IMG/VR virus record: IMGVR_UViG_3300027759_000045
Coordinates: 124,001 to 188,000 of that record
DNA: 64,000 nt
Reading direction: 5' to 3' (one strand)
Position 1 is the stretch's first letter. The number at the start of each line of letters is the position of its first letter. This document shows positions 7,480-16,673 of this stretch, one piece after another. The notes under the pieces are model-generated. The model ran no database searches. It was given only the letters and a program-made list of their open reading frames with translations, and was not told where the DNA came from. Made by a program: the position numbers and the translations under genes.

Positions 7480-10279
7480 ACGCATAACTGGCCAACCAAG
7501 ACCACTCATAGCTCTTCTTCAAGTCTGCAAAGTTGCCGGCTACTTGGTCGTAGTATTCCACAGCATCTTCGGCGCCCCATTGACTCCATTCGGCATTTTT
7601 AGCTTCACCAGCATTGCTGAGCCACATGTTAAGTCTGTATTCACTTTCGACATCGGGTAAACTGGCTTTTAATTTAAGAACTTCACGGAATGCAGTGCGC
7701 CAAGCTGTCCAAGGTGTTTCATTATAATTGGCTACACCACTAAGCACGGGCACAACTTCGTGCGGTTGATCTAATGTAAAGTCCAATCCTGCTCCAGTAT
7801 TCTTCAACACCATTTTTTTGTTGTAGGCAATCATGGCTTGGTGACCATATGTTAATCCATTTACAGGATTGTATGCGTGGAAGATATAGTGTTTGGGTTG
7901 TTGCATACGATCAGGTTGCCAGGTCCAATCAAACATTTGATTCACTTCTAGCTTGGCAAACACAGCAAAGAACCAAGGCGTGGTGCTGGCTCTAGCAGCC
8001 GCATGATACGCTGCCACTCGTCCATTTACACCTTCTACCACATGAACGCGGTTTGTGTACCTTGACTCGTTGGCCAGATATATTGTCATCTGCAAATAAT
8101 TAGATCCAGCATTAGGTTCGCCATTGCTGATAAACACAATGTCCAATGGTTGATCTGTTAACTTGCGATGTGTTCGATCTATGTGTGTGTAGTCATACAA
8201 CTGTGTGCGAATGTCACCTACTGCTACTCTCGGCACAATTACACTAGTGGCACCTGAACTTAGTGGCACAATAGTTTTGGTCTCTTTGCGCCACAAAGGC
8301 ACAGTAAACACATCAGAGCACACAGTGTCTACAGTGGTAAATGTGGCCAATGGACCCGACCATGTTGTGTTTTTAACTACATCAACATGACTGTCTTCTG
8401 TGTGTTGGATCACAGGCATGGGTCTGCGTGGAACACGAATTTTAGGCACATAGTTTACACTGTACCATTCCAGCAGAGCTTTCTTTTCTGCACGAGCCGC
8501 AAATGTAGGAACATGCATATAAAATGTATCTCCAAACTTTTGTTCATTGCTGGCAAATACATGTAGCATGGTACTTTGCCATTTTTCTGGATGCCACGAA
8601 AAGTCAAAGTCTGTGTAGTCACAAATACTGCTACACACCCATACAAACTCATGCTCACCAACAAGACTCTTTGCCAACCGTATCAGAGTATCTCTATAGT
8701 TGTCAAAGTAACGCACCTTCTTTATGGCTCCGGGAACTTGTCCTCCAGCACCATCCAGGTGATCTATTTCAATAACAGGAACTGTGACTGTTTCAATCTT
8801 GATCTCTACATGCTCAAGGTATTTGATTTCTGTTGCGCCTGACACATGATACTGTGGACCACCGGTCTTTTGCCATTGTGTAGCAAACTGATAGATGTAA
8901 GCGGGTTCGCCAGGATCCGGAACCCAAGTGAAGTCCACGTGTTCTTCACGCACACCCTCAGGTAGCACCCACATTGTTTTGTTGGGTAATAGTGCGGCTC
9001 TGGGGTAGTCCATGTACTTGACGGGCAATTCTTGATCCTGGGGCTCAGAACAATAACGCAACATGGGCATTTTCTCTGCAGGCCAGTGTTGATTTCCAAA
9101 CACATATATCATAGGCGGCTCTCCTGGATCGGGCTGCCAAGAGTAGTCGAACTCATAATCATGATGACTGATGTTGTCCCAGTGTAGCTGTGTTTCCGGC
9201 AACTGAGCACGTGGGTAATCCATGTACTTGTGTTCAGTAGCACCAGGCACAGTGTATGTAACAGTGGGCATGATCTCTGCTGAATGCCACTGATTACCAA
9301 ACACGTAGATGTAGGGTGGATCTCCTGGATCTGGAATCCATGAATAATCCCAGTCGCACTGTTGTATAGTGTGCCACTTGTTGTCTTGCCGTACAGGTAA
9401 TTTAGCCCGGGGATAATCCATGTACTTGCGTTCAGTGGCATGGCCCACACAGTATTCCACTGTGGGCATGATCTCTGCTGTGTGCCATTCATTGCCAAAC
9501 ACATATATGTAATCTGGATCTGTAGGATTGGGTCTCCAACTATGATCAAAGTCAGCAATATCGTGCAACACGCCGAAGTCTGCAGGACTAGATGCTACAG
9601 TAGCCACAATATTATCTACATACTTGATTTCTGTGCTGCCAGGCACTGTATAAACTATAGTAGGTTCTAATACTCCAGGATTCCATTGATTGCCAAACAC
9701 ATACGTATAAGGAGGATCAAAAGGATTTGGTTCCCAAGAATAATCAAACTTGCTCACTGCCAGGTTATGCGCAAACAACTGTGGCTGTGGTAATCTCGTT
9801 GTTTTTAAATCCATGTATTTGCGTTCTGTTGCTCCAGGAACAACATACTCTACACTGGCTTTATATTCAGGCGAGTTCCACTGATTACCAAATACATAGA
9901 TATAAGGTGGCTCTGCTGGATCTGGATGCCAGGACCAATCCCATGCCTCTTGATCTATTGTTTCGTGTATTTTCCATGAATCTTCATTGTTAATTCTATG
10001 CAATACTACATCAGTGTGATAGGTTGTGTCTGTATAACCTGCCGCAGGAACAAGATACGTGCCGGAATCTTTTTGCCACTGACTTGCCCATGCATGTCGT
10101 TGGTGTGCTTGCCAAGGCACAGGTTCCCAAAGAAAATCAAAGCCAGAGTAGTCCGATAAGTAATTTACAAACCAAAAGAAACGTGTGCGACTCTGCTGTT
10201 GTGCTTGTTCAATGGTATCTACTGCCTGCTCATGCGCAAACAAATTGGGCTTTTTTCCAGAATAAAATACATCAAACAT
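7448..10279 (-). CDS. Trp/Pro-rich repeat protein with C-terminal glycosyltransferase-like domain
   Basis: Six tandem repeats of about 65 aa. The C-terminal domain aligns by eye with the 30134-31060 protein (VEGVNG..AAYHAAA, NPVNGLTYG, AWRTAFREVLKL). Confidence 0.75.
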   Translation of the reverse strand: MFDVFYSGKKPNLFAHEQAVDTIEQAQQQSRTRFFWFVNYLSDYSGFDFLWEPVPWQAHQRHAWASQWQKDSGTYLVPAAGYTDTTYHTDVVLHRINNEDSWKIHETIDQEAWDWSWHPDPAEPPYIYVFGNQWNSPEYKASVEYVVPGATERKYMDLKTTRLPQPQLFAHNLAVSKFDYSWEPNPFDPPYTYVFGNQWNPGVLEPTIVYTVPGSTEIKYVDNIVATVASSPADFGVLHDIADFDHSWRPNPTDPDYIYVFGNEWHTAEIMPTVEYCVGHATERKYMDYPRAKLPVRQDNKWHTIQQCDWDYSWIPDPGDPPYIYVFGNQWHSAEIMPTVTYTVPGATEHKYMDYPRAQLPETQLHWDNISHHDYEFDYSWQPDPGEPPMIYVFGNQHWPAEKMPMLRYCSEPQDQELPVKYMDYPRAALLPNKTMWVLPEGVREEHVDFTWVPDPGEPAYIYQFATQWQKTGGPQYHVSGATEIKYLEHVEIKIETVTVPVIEIDHLDGAGGQVPGAIKKVRYFDNYRDTLIRLAKSLVGEHEFVWVCSSICDYTDFDFSWHPEKWQSTMLHVFASNEQKFGDTFYMHVPTFAARAEKKALLEWYSVNYVPKIRVPRRPMPVIQHTEDSHVDVVKNTTWSGPLATFTTVDTVCSDVFTVPLWRKETKTIVPLSSGATSVIVPRVAVGDIRTQLYDYTHIDRTHRKLTDQPLDIVFISNGEPNAGSNYLQMTIYLANESRYTNRVHVVEGVNGRVAAYHAAARASTTPWFFAVFAKLEVNQMFDWTWQPDRMQQPKHYIFHAYNPVNGLTYGHQAMIAYNKKMVLKNTGAGLDFTLDQPHEVVPVLSGVANYNETPWTAWRTAFREVLKLKASLPDVESEYRLNMWLSNAGEAKNAEWSQWGAEDAVEYYDQVAGNFADLKKSYEWSWLASYAFMRRSLQPDR
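8810..9950 (-). repeat. Six tandem coding repeats, consensus [FW]DYSWxPDPxxPPYIYVFGNQW...PTVxYxVPGATExKYMD
   Basis: Seen directly in the translation; ends are approximate. Confidence 0.9.
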
Positions 10280-11393
10280 GATAAGAATAGACGAGATTTA
10301 TAATAATACCTTTTGGCCTTGGTTACATAAAAATAAACCAGGTACGAGATTGTTTTTTTGTGATCCGCCGGGAAGAACCGACCCGGATGCTTTATTTAAC
10401 TTGGGCAGTGATGACATTGTAGAAACCGACTACGTGTGGATGCACGATCAAGAACCGTGTTGGACGGAAGAATATCGGCCATTGTTTGATGATGTAGCAA
10501 GACGGAATACGGACTTGTGGTGGCATCAATACAATCAAGTAAAACCAGAACAATTTGGACATGTTGTTGTAAGCGAGCGCGGCGAGTATGTTGAGCAACT
10601 TTGTGCCGCATATGGATGGAAAAGTCACTATTATTTTTACCATGGGTGGGCTTGTCAAGACTGGTTCCGTGGATATGATAAGTCATTCTTAATTCCTCGT
10701 GCAAGAGATCGTGCGCCCACAAAAACTTTTATGAGTCCCAATCGTATCGTAGGCGGCAAGCGTGATCATCGTGTGTTGTTTTTGTATAATATATTCAAAC
10801 AAGGGTTAGAGCATAATCATATCAGTGTGCCACGAGTATGCCAATACGAAAATGTTGACATAAGTGTTGTGGCCAACAAGTATTGTAACACATATCCAGA
10901 TATTTCGCAAGTGTTTGAAAGTGCCGCTTTACCGAGATTGTTTGAAGGAGAAGAGTCACAACAAATGACCAGTTGTTGGCTAGGCAACTATGCAGAAGCA
11001 CAAGACAGTTTGGTATATGTTCCTACCGAAACTGTATACTTTGGCCGCAGAACACACATAACAGAAAAAACATTTAAAGCAATTGCATTAGAAATGCCAT
11101 TTGCATTGGTTGCACCTGCCCACAGTTTGGAGTATATGCGCAGTTACGGATTTAAAACATTTAATGACATATTTGACGAAAGTTACGACACCGAAACTGA
11201 TGACGTACTGCGTGTAGAAAAGGTTACTCGATTATTAAAAGACTTAGACAATCAAAGTGCGAGAGAACGTCAATCAATACATCGTGCATGTTTACCTATA
11301 GTGGAACACAACTTCCGACACTTTTACATGGGCGGATTAACAAATATATTATGGCCGGAACTAACTGGCATGCTCCATGGCTTACGCAAATAA
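10278..11393 (+). CDS. Glycosyltransferase-like protein (ET...TEK..K...PF family), paralog 1
   Basis: ETVYFGRRTHITEKTFKAIALEMPF...GFKTF...DESYD resembles the GT10 donor-binding E...Y.TEK motif. Confidence 0.55.
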   Translation: MIRIDEIYNNTFWPWLHKNKPGTRLFFCDPPGRTDPDALFNLGSDDIVETDYVWMHDQEPCWTEEYRPLFDDVARRNTDLWWHQYNQVKPEQFGHVVVSERGEYVEQLCAAYGWKSHYYFYHGWACQDWFRGYDKSFLIPRARDRAPTKTFMSPNRIVGGKRDHRVLFLYNIFKQGLEHNHISVPRVCQYENVDISVVANKYCNTYPDISQVFESAALPRLFEGEESQQMTSCWLGNYAEAQDSLVYVPTETVYFGRRTHITEKTFKAIALEMPFALVAPAHSLEYMRSYGFKTFNDIFDESYDTETDDVLRVEKVTRLLKDLDNQSARERQSIHRACLPIVEHNFRHFYMGGLTNILWPELTGMLHGLRK

Positions 11394-12564
11394 CTTTGTT
11401 GCTGACCGCATAGTTCGTAACAAAGCATATCCAGCACTGGCACGTTGGTCGGCACAGCCATACACCTCTGAGTGGAGACAATTTGTACAGCATTGGCCCA
11501 ACACAGTTCCTGCTGAGTTGTACGAACATTTCAACACACACAGCATAGAGTACAAGTTATCTGACTTTAACAATATCGTTACAGGATCTTACTACACAGT
11601 AGGGCTAGGTTTTTTTAACTTTGATGTTGACTACTTTGCCTTAATGACGGAAGTAGTGCGACGTCAGTTACGCCGCGAAGAACTAACTGTGCTGTTTTAC
11701 TATCACGAAGGCGACAATCCATTCCGTATCCGAGATCGACTAGATGAACTGTGTCAAAATCATTTGCTGCCGCCTAACTGCTACCGGTTTGTCAGTGGCA
11801 ATACAGCAGCCAATGGCATTCCAGGCTTTGCATATTTTCCAGATCACGAACTTCTATACTGGCATCGTAATCAACAAATACCCCCAACACCCGTACACTC
11901 AAATAAACGATTGCGCGACTTTACAGTACTAAGCAGAACACACAAATGGTGGCGTGCCACTGTGATGACAGACTTGCATCGTACAGGGTTGTTGAACAAT
12001 AGTTATTGGAGTTACGGAACTGACGTTGCTACAGACGAAGCCGAAACTGACAATCCTATTGAAGTTGACACTCTTGGAATCAGGACAGATATTGAACAAT
12101 TTTTAAGCAACGGCCCGTACACATGCGACACACTTACACCGGAACAACACAACGATCATCACTTAATAGAAACCAATCATTTCACAGATAGTTACTGTAA
12201 CATCATATTAGAAACACATTTTGATGCAGACGGGTCAGGCGGTGCGTTTTTAACTGAAAAAACATTCAAAGCAATCAAACACGGACAACCTTTTGTTGTG
12301 GTGGGCTGTGCAGGATCCTTGTCTGCATTGCGAGACCTAGGATATCGCACATTCGATCACGTTGTGGACAACAGTTACGATACTATACAAGATAATACTG
12401 AACGTTGGATTGCAGTGCGCAACACAATCACTCAATTAAAGTCGCAAAACTTACACGCCTGGTTTGAATCCTGTCGAAGTGATGTTGAACACAATCAACA
12501 GTTATTTTGTAGCACAAAAGCCGGCAGATTAAATACTCTATTAGAAAGAATACACAATGATTAA
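11377..12564 (+). CDS. Glycosyltransferase-like protein (TEK family), paralog 2
   Basis: ETHF...FLTEKTFKAIKHGQPF...GYRTFDHVVDNSYD. Confidence 0.55.
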   Translation: MAYANNFVADRIVRNKAYPALARWSAQPYTSEWRQFVQHWPNTVPAELYEHFNTHSIEYKLSDFNNIVTGSYYTVGLGFFNFDVDYFALMTEVVRRQLRREELTVLFYYHEGDNPFRIRDRLDELCQNHLLPPNCYRFVSGNTAANGIPGFAYFPDHELLYWHRNQQIPPTPVHSNKRLRDFTVLSRTHKWWRATVMTDLHRTGLLNNSYWSYGTDVATDEAETDNPIEVDTLGIRTDIEQFLSNGPYTCDTLTPEQHNDHHLIETNHFTDSYCNIILETHFDADGSGGAFLTEKTFKAIKHGQPFVVVGCAGSLSALRDLGYRTFDHVVDNSYDTIQDNTERWIAVRNTITQLKSQNLHAWFESCRSDVEHNQQLFCSTKAGRLNTLLERIHND

Positions 12565-13576
12565 TTCCTACACCAGTTGGCAACCCTTAGAAGAAGTTAT
12601 TGTAGGTCGTGCATACAGCCCAGACTACTTTGACTTCATTGAAGATCCGCAAGTGCGTAACCAATTACAACAGATCTTACACGAAACAGAAGAAGATTTA
12701 AATAACTTGCAAAAGACAATTGAAACTTATGGTGCTCGTGTACGTAGACCTAATTTGCCGCCCAAGGATCAATTTGTATGGTGGCAAACAGAAAACGGTG
12801 GTGCACCGCTGCCTCCACTGACTCCGCGTGATTGGCAAATCAGTCTAGGACAAAAGTTACTGCGTGTGTTGCCAATGGAAGAACTGGACGACATTTGTGC
12901 AGAATATGCAGACCAAGTGATCAGTCCACACAACGGTCGCTGGGATGCTGACTGCATTCTTAACCAAGCAAGTGCCAGTTGTATTGTACGTGTAGGGCGT
13001 GACGTATTCTTTGACAACAGTGATTATCTAAAGCCAGAACAAACTCGTTGGATTGTGGACAACTGCTTGGGCCCAGAGTATCGTATACACGAAGCAGTAA
13101 CAGACGGCCACGGCGATGCTGTGTTTGCTATTCTCAAGCCTGGTGTTATCTTGTCCAGCAAGCACGATGTTAACTTAGACTTAGCCAAGGACTTTCCAGG
13201 GTGGGAAGTGCTAAAGATTTGGGACTCAAGTATCTGGGCCGCAATGGAAATAGGCAAGTTCAAATACGAACAAAGTCCCGGAGCATGGTATGTGCAAGGG
13301 CAAACGCCCACACAGGAGTTTACCAAGTTTGTAGACACCTACTTGAACAAGTGGACCGGCTTTGTTGCTGAAACAGTATTTGATGTCAACTGTTTAGTGC
13401 TGGATGAAGAAAATGTTATCTTCAGTGCTTACAATAGAGATGTGTTTGATTTCTGTAAACAGCATCGTATTAATCCTATTATCAGTGAACTGCGTCACAG
13501 TTACTTCTGGGACGGTGGCATCAGTTGTTGTACACAGGATTTGACACGCCGAGGCGGTTTAGAAACATATCTATAA
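12557..13576 (+). CDS. Amidinotransferase (glycine/inosamine-phosphate amidinotransferase superfamily)
   Basis: N-terminal NSYTSWQPLEEVIVG, TPRD, HGDAVF..LKPG, FDVNCL and C-terminal GGISCCTQDL.R with the catalytic Cys. Confidence 0.85.
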   Translation: MINSYTSWQPLEEVIVGRAYSPDYFDFIEDPQVRNQLQQILHETEEDLNNLQKTIETYGARVRRPNLPPKDQFVWWQTENGGAPLPPLTPRDWQISLGQKLLRVLPMEELDDICAEYADQVISPHNGRWDADCILNQASASCIVRVGRDVFFDNSDYLKPEQTRWIVDNCLGPEYRIHEAVTDGHGDAVFAILKPGVILSSKHDVNLDLAKDFPGWEVLKIWDSSIWAAMEIGKFKYEQSPGAWYVQGQTPTQEFTKFVDTYLNKWTGFVAETVFDVNCLVLDEENVIFSAYNRDVFDFCKQHRINPIISELRHSYFWDGGISCCTQDLTRRGGLETYL

Positions 13577-14607
13577 TGTTTGTCATTCCAATTGCTAACC
13601 AGCACTCGTACAATTCAATACCGCGTAATGCAGATTTAAAATTAACCATTGACAATCACTGCAATGCGCCCAGTCGCCAATTGGTTATAGACTGGAAAGG
13701 TGATTGTTTTGTATGTGGGTGCGAAGCATGGTTACCGATCAGTGTGGGACAAATTTCAGACTTTGATTCATTGGCCAGTGTATGGAATAGTAATACAGCG
13801 TTGGCATTACAAGCAGATATTGATTCCGGTGCATATACACATTGTGCTGTTGATCGGTGTGGTGTGGTACATGCCAGCAAGATAGACAAAACACACGTGG
13901 TCAGTATCAATGTTGACGAAAGTTGTAACCTACGTTGTCCCAGTTGCAGACCTGCGGCAATAATGATCAACTCAGGTCCCGAATATGATCAAAAACTAGC
14001 ACAGGTACAACACATACGCCGATTGTTAGAAGAGTTTGCAGAGCCCTGTCACATTGTGATGAGTGGCAACGGAGATCCATTGGCCAGTGCTATTATGCGT
14101 CCATTGATACGAGAGTTTCGGCCCGGCCACAATCAAACTATTCGGCTGTTCACCAATGGCCTATTGCTAAAAAAACAACTAGATGATTCTCCTATCCTTG
14201 ATCACATCACACAGTATTTTATCAGCATAGATGCAGGCTCTGCTGGTGTGTATGAACGTGTGAGATTAGGCGGGCAATGGTCTCAATTGATTGCTAACCT
14301 AACTTGGTTGCAAGACACTGCTAAACGTACAGGTGCAGAAGTACTGTTAAAGTTTGTGCTACAACAAGACAACTATCAAGACATGCAGAACTTCTGTCGA
14401 CTATGTGTTGATATGGGCTTTAGTGGTGTTATCAATCGACTAGAAGATTGGGGCACCTGGGCCGATTACGCTGTGCATGATGTGATTGGTAACGCCGAAC
14501 ATACAGATCATCTGGCGGCCATGTATTTCTTAACCAGTGCATACTCAGAGTATGCAGGGCGTATACAGTTTAATCCCAGTCTAGAAGAAATGTGTCATGC
14601 CCAATAG
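13576..14607 (+). CDS. Radical SAM enzyme with N-terminal Cys-rich (SPASM/twitch-like) domain
   Basis: CNLRCPSC, GNGDPL, TNG and ISIDA. ATG 13576 overlaps the previous TAA. Confidence 0.88.
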   Translation: MFVIPIANQHSYNSIPRNADLKLTIDNHCNAPSRQLVIDWKGDCFVCGCEAWLPISVGQISDFDSLASVWNSNTALALQADIDSGAYTHCAVDRCGVVHASKIDKTHVVSINVDESCNLRCPSCRPAAIMINSGPEYDQKLAQVQHIRRLLEEFAEPCHIVMSGNGDPLASAIMRPLIREFRPGHNQTIRLFTNGLLLKKQLDDSPILDHITQYFISIDAGSAGVYERVRLGGQWSQLIANLTWLQDTAKRTGAEVLLKFVLQQDNYQDMQNFCRLCVDMGFSGVINRLEDWGTWADYAVHDVIGNAEHTDHLAAMYFLTSAYSEYAGRIQFNPSLEEMCHAQ

Positions 14608-15385
14608 ACTCAAAACTTCCGCGGCGGTTATCGTCATTGATGCATGGCCAGATCTGGTTGGCCACTGGCCTTATTCAATGTTAAAAAACCTAACAGAGTT
14701 TATTCAACAAGATTTTGTGAAGTGTATAGTAGTCGCATCTTACTCAGAATACACAGTTCACGGAACAACAGCAACGCCGATAGAGTCGCCAATTTGGCAC
14801 AACAGTCGACAGGTTTTCAATCCCGATCTCAATCCTGCTGTTCCGGCCTACACAGGTTCAGCCTGGTTGGCACAAGAACATGCACAGATAATTTCTAACA
14901 ACCATCATGGCCCTGTTGTAAATCAATTTATACTTCATGATACACCGGTCACTAATCCGGCTGTGTTAACTATGTCTCTTAGACAGGATCAGAAAATGTT
15001 TGCGGCCTGGACTCTGGACCAGGTGGTATATTTGCTCAATTCACAGTATCCCGACGTTGAAAATATATATCTGTGTGGTGGATCATTTGAACAGTGTCTA
15101 TCCAATCGACCGGTGGGGGTGAAATCACTGATGGTTGCAATGAATTTAAATCAGTTTAACAATGTTCAACGTTTATTAATTCCACCTAAATGTGTTTACA
15201 CCGACAGTGGCAAATTATTAAATGATGAATTAGAACTGATCGATCCAAACTGGTATTATAATCAAGTACAAGACTTGATTCATGTACAACTCCGACCGTT
15301 GCGTGAACAAACTACTAGTAAAGATGTTCTGGCAGCATTAGATCTTGAACAGATGGCAACCAACAAGCGGCATGGCTTAGACTAG
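14597..15385 (+). CDS. Possible isochorismatase/cysteine-hydrolase-fold protein
   Basis: AAVIVIDAW near the N-terminus and IYLCGGSFEQCL match the family's Asp and G-x4/5-C pattern. Confidence 0.45.
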   Translation: MPNRLKTSAAVIVIDAWPDLVGHWPYSMLKNLTEFIQQDFVKCIVVASYSEYTVHGTTATPIESPIWHNSRQVFNPDLNPAVPAYTGSAWLAQEHAQIISNNHHGPVVNQFILHDTPVTNPAVLTMSLRQDQKMFAAWTLDQVVYLLNSQYPDVENIYLCGGSFEQCLSNRPVGVKSLMVAMNLNQFNNVQRLLIPPKCVYTDSGKLLNDELELIDPNWYYNQVQDLIHVQLRPLREQTTSKDVLAALDLEQMATNKRHGLD

Positions 15386-15407
15386 AAACTAAAAAAGACG
15401 TGGGCTA

Positions 15408-16673
15408 TTATAGGTGTGTCAGCCACGGAAACAACAGTTTCCAATCGGTGCCACGACGGCGATCTATTTCAGTTAGATAAACTTTCAAATCAGCAACACG
15501 TTCTGCGTTGCGCGGTCCTGCCACAATCTGTTTCATAATGCCACGCATGTGTTCTTTAGCACTGACTTCGCTGGGATTGCGTTCTCGCATTGCGGCCAAC
15601 AGACGCTCGAAGTCCTGTTCAAACACACCTGGTCCAAATATGTCTGGAACCATTTCAGGCGGTGTCATTACACTCATGAAACTGTAGCTAATAGGATTCC
15701 ACGGGTTTCGACGATCGTTCCATTCGTTTATCTTTTCTACTAGCTCAGGTGCTGTTTTAATTGTCAATGCCGACACTGCACTGTTCACGCACATCACAAC
15801 CCAGTCTTTATCCAGTAGATATTCCCAGTTTTCTGTCCACTCAGCCAAGTCTAGTCCCCACCGCACATACTCTTCTTGTGGTCCCCAGGCATCTATACTA
15901 CCTGTGATTTGCAATCGTTTTAGTGCGCCAGACTCAACCATCTTGCCAAATCGATCAATGTAGGCTCGGAACTTTTTAGGAGGTACCTTTAGGTTGGTAA
16001 TAATGTTGAATGTGAGTTCGGGATTGGGGTGACTCTCCCAGAAGTCCATGCTGATGTCAAATTCATCCTGGAAGAAAGGCTCGCCGCCTAGTATTTGATA
16101 GTAGCGTATGTGTTTGTAACGATCTTTCTCTTCAAGATAACGCCAAAAGTCTGCTAACATGCGCTCATAGTTGGGATTAGATTGTGTGTTATGCCCAAAG
16201 TTTACATTGCCTTGTGTAAACACACCAAATCGTCGGTTCTCTTCTTCCCATTTTGTACTAAAGTGACTGCCGCAATACAAGCAGGCCATGTTGCATACAT
16301 TGTTGAAATATACTTCTAATATGGTAGGTACAACTTCTAATGTAGCTGGATCTTCAAACAACTCGTGTGGAGTGCGATCTAGGTCATGACGAGCATGCAA
16401 TTGATATTGTCTATCGCTCATGCCGCCGGCTGTTTCAATTTTCTCACAGTATTGACAACCACCCTGTGGCCATTCGCCACGCAACATCATTTGCCTGGCT
16501 TCTATTTTGTTTGGCAGGTTATGAAAACTTTCAAAATTATCCGGAGGTATGGGTTGTTGGTCTGTGCGATGGCAACTGGCACTTGTGCCTTGATTTAAGT
16601 ACACAGTACTCCATGCCCACTTGAGCAAGCATCCTGTGTCTGTTTTGATTGGAAATACTTGTTTATCAGTCAT
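15408..16673 (-). CDS. Radical SAM enzyme with N-terminal twitch-like domain
   Basis: CLLKW...SCHR...CQYC, then CNMACLYC and GGEPF. Confidence 0.9.
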   Translation of the reverse strand: MTDKQVFPIKTDTGCLLKWAWSTVYLNQGTSASCHRTDQQPIPPDNFESFHNLPNKIEARQMMLRGEWPQGGCQYCEKIETAGGMSDRQYQLHARHDLDRTPHELFEDPATLEVVPTILEVYFNNVCNMACLYCGSHFSTKWEEENRRFGVFTQGNVNFGHNTQSNPNYERMLADFWRYLEEKDRYKHIRYYQILGGEPFFQDEFDISMDFWESHPNPELTFNIITNLKVPPKKFRAYIDRFGKMVESGALKRLQITGSIDAWGPQEEYVRWGLDLAEWTENWEYLLDKDWVVMCVNSAVSALTIKTAPELVEKINEWNDRRNPWNPISYSFMSVMTPPEMVPDIFGPGVFEQDFERLLAAMRERNPSEVSAKEHMRGIMKQIVAGPRNAERVADLKVYLTEIDRRRGTDWKLLFPWLTHL

